From positions 9,052,001 through 9,116,000 of the forward strand of contig JAWMAR010000061.1 of assembly GCA_036785375.1 (NCBI GenBank): a stretch of 64,000 nt of DNA, in the 5' to 3' direction. The position numbers and the translations under genes are program-made. Positions within the stretch are counted from its first letter, which is position 1; every line of letters begins with the position of its first letter. Of this stretch, positions 63,800 through 64,000 are shown piece by piece. The notes under the pieces were generated by a model. It made no database searches and was not told where the DNA came from. It was given only the letters and a program-made list of their open reading frames with translations. The stretch comes from Leucoraja ocellata (taxonomy: Eukaryota).

Positions 63800-64000
63800 A
63801 GGCATAAAGAGGATGAACAGCCAGTCTTTTTCCGCCAGAGCGGAAATGTCCAATACTAGAATGTATGACTGAAGGTGGGAGGGGAAAAGTTTAAAGTTTA
63901 CACACACAGAAACGTTAGGTCCTTAGATGCACTGTCAAGGGTGATGGTAAAAGAGGTATGGCAGCTACATTTAAGAGACATTTAGACAGCCACACAAACA
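63800..64000 (+). mobile_element. Degenerate CR1 LINE 3' fragment in an ADPGK intron
   Basis: gaaatgtccaatactaga...aaggtgggaggggaaaagtttaaag...acatttaagagacatttagacag. Confidence 0.7.

Overview
Vertebrate genomic DNA, very probably from an elasmobranch (skate/ray type), judged from its repeats: HER1/CR1 LINEs, HE1-type V-SINEs, Deu-domain SINE relics, Rex1/Babar LINEs and Penelope-like elements. Two genes lie on the minus strand. At the right end are the last two coding exons of ADPGK (63012-63110 and 61785-62342, the latter with a CAGCAG tandem acceptor). A few kb downstream are the CpG-island promoter and first two coding exons of neogenin/NEO1 (signal peptide exon 55903-55969; Ig1 exon 19668-19979), separated by a ~36 kb intron. 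NEO1 exon 3 was not found. The rest is intronic or intergenic, rich in transposons, with three assembly gaps. The most notable non-genic signal is a family of 90-400 bp insertions derived from Penelope element ends. They carry a hammerhead-ribozyme-like motif (CTGAAGA-A-stem-GAAACGTC), often have 9-15 bp target-site duplications (TSDs), and occur as monomers, long hairpins and a tandem pair. All calls come from reading the sequence; family names and human comparisons are from recall, not database searches. Repeat boundaries are approximate unless a TSD is given.
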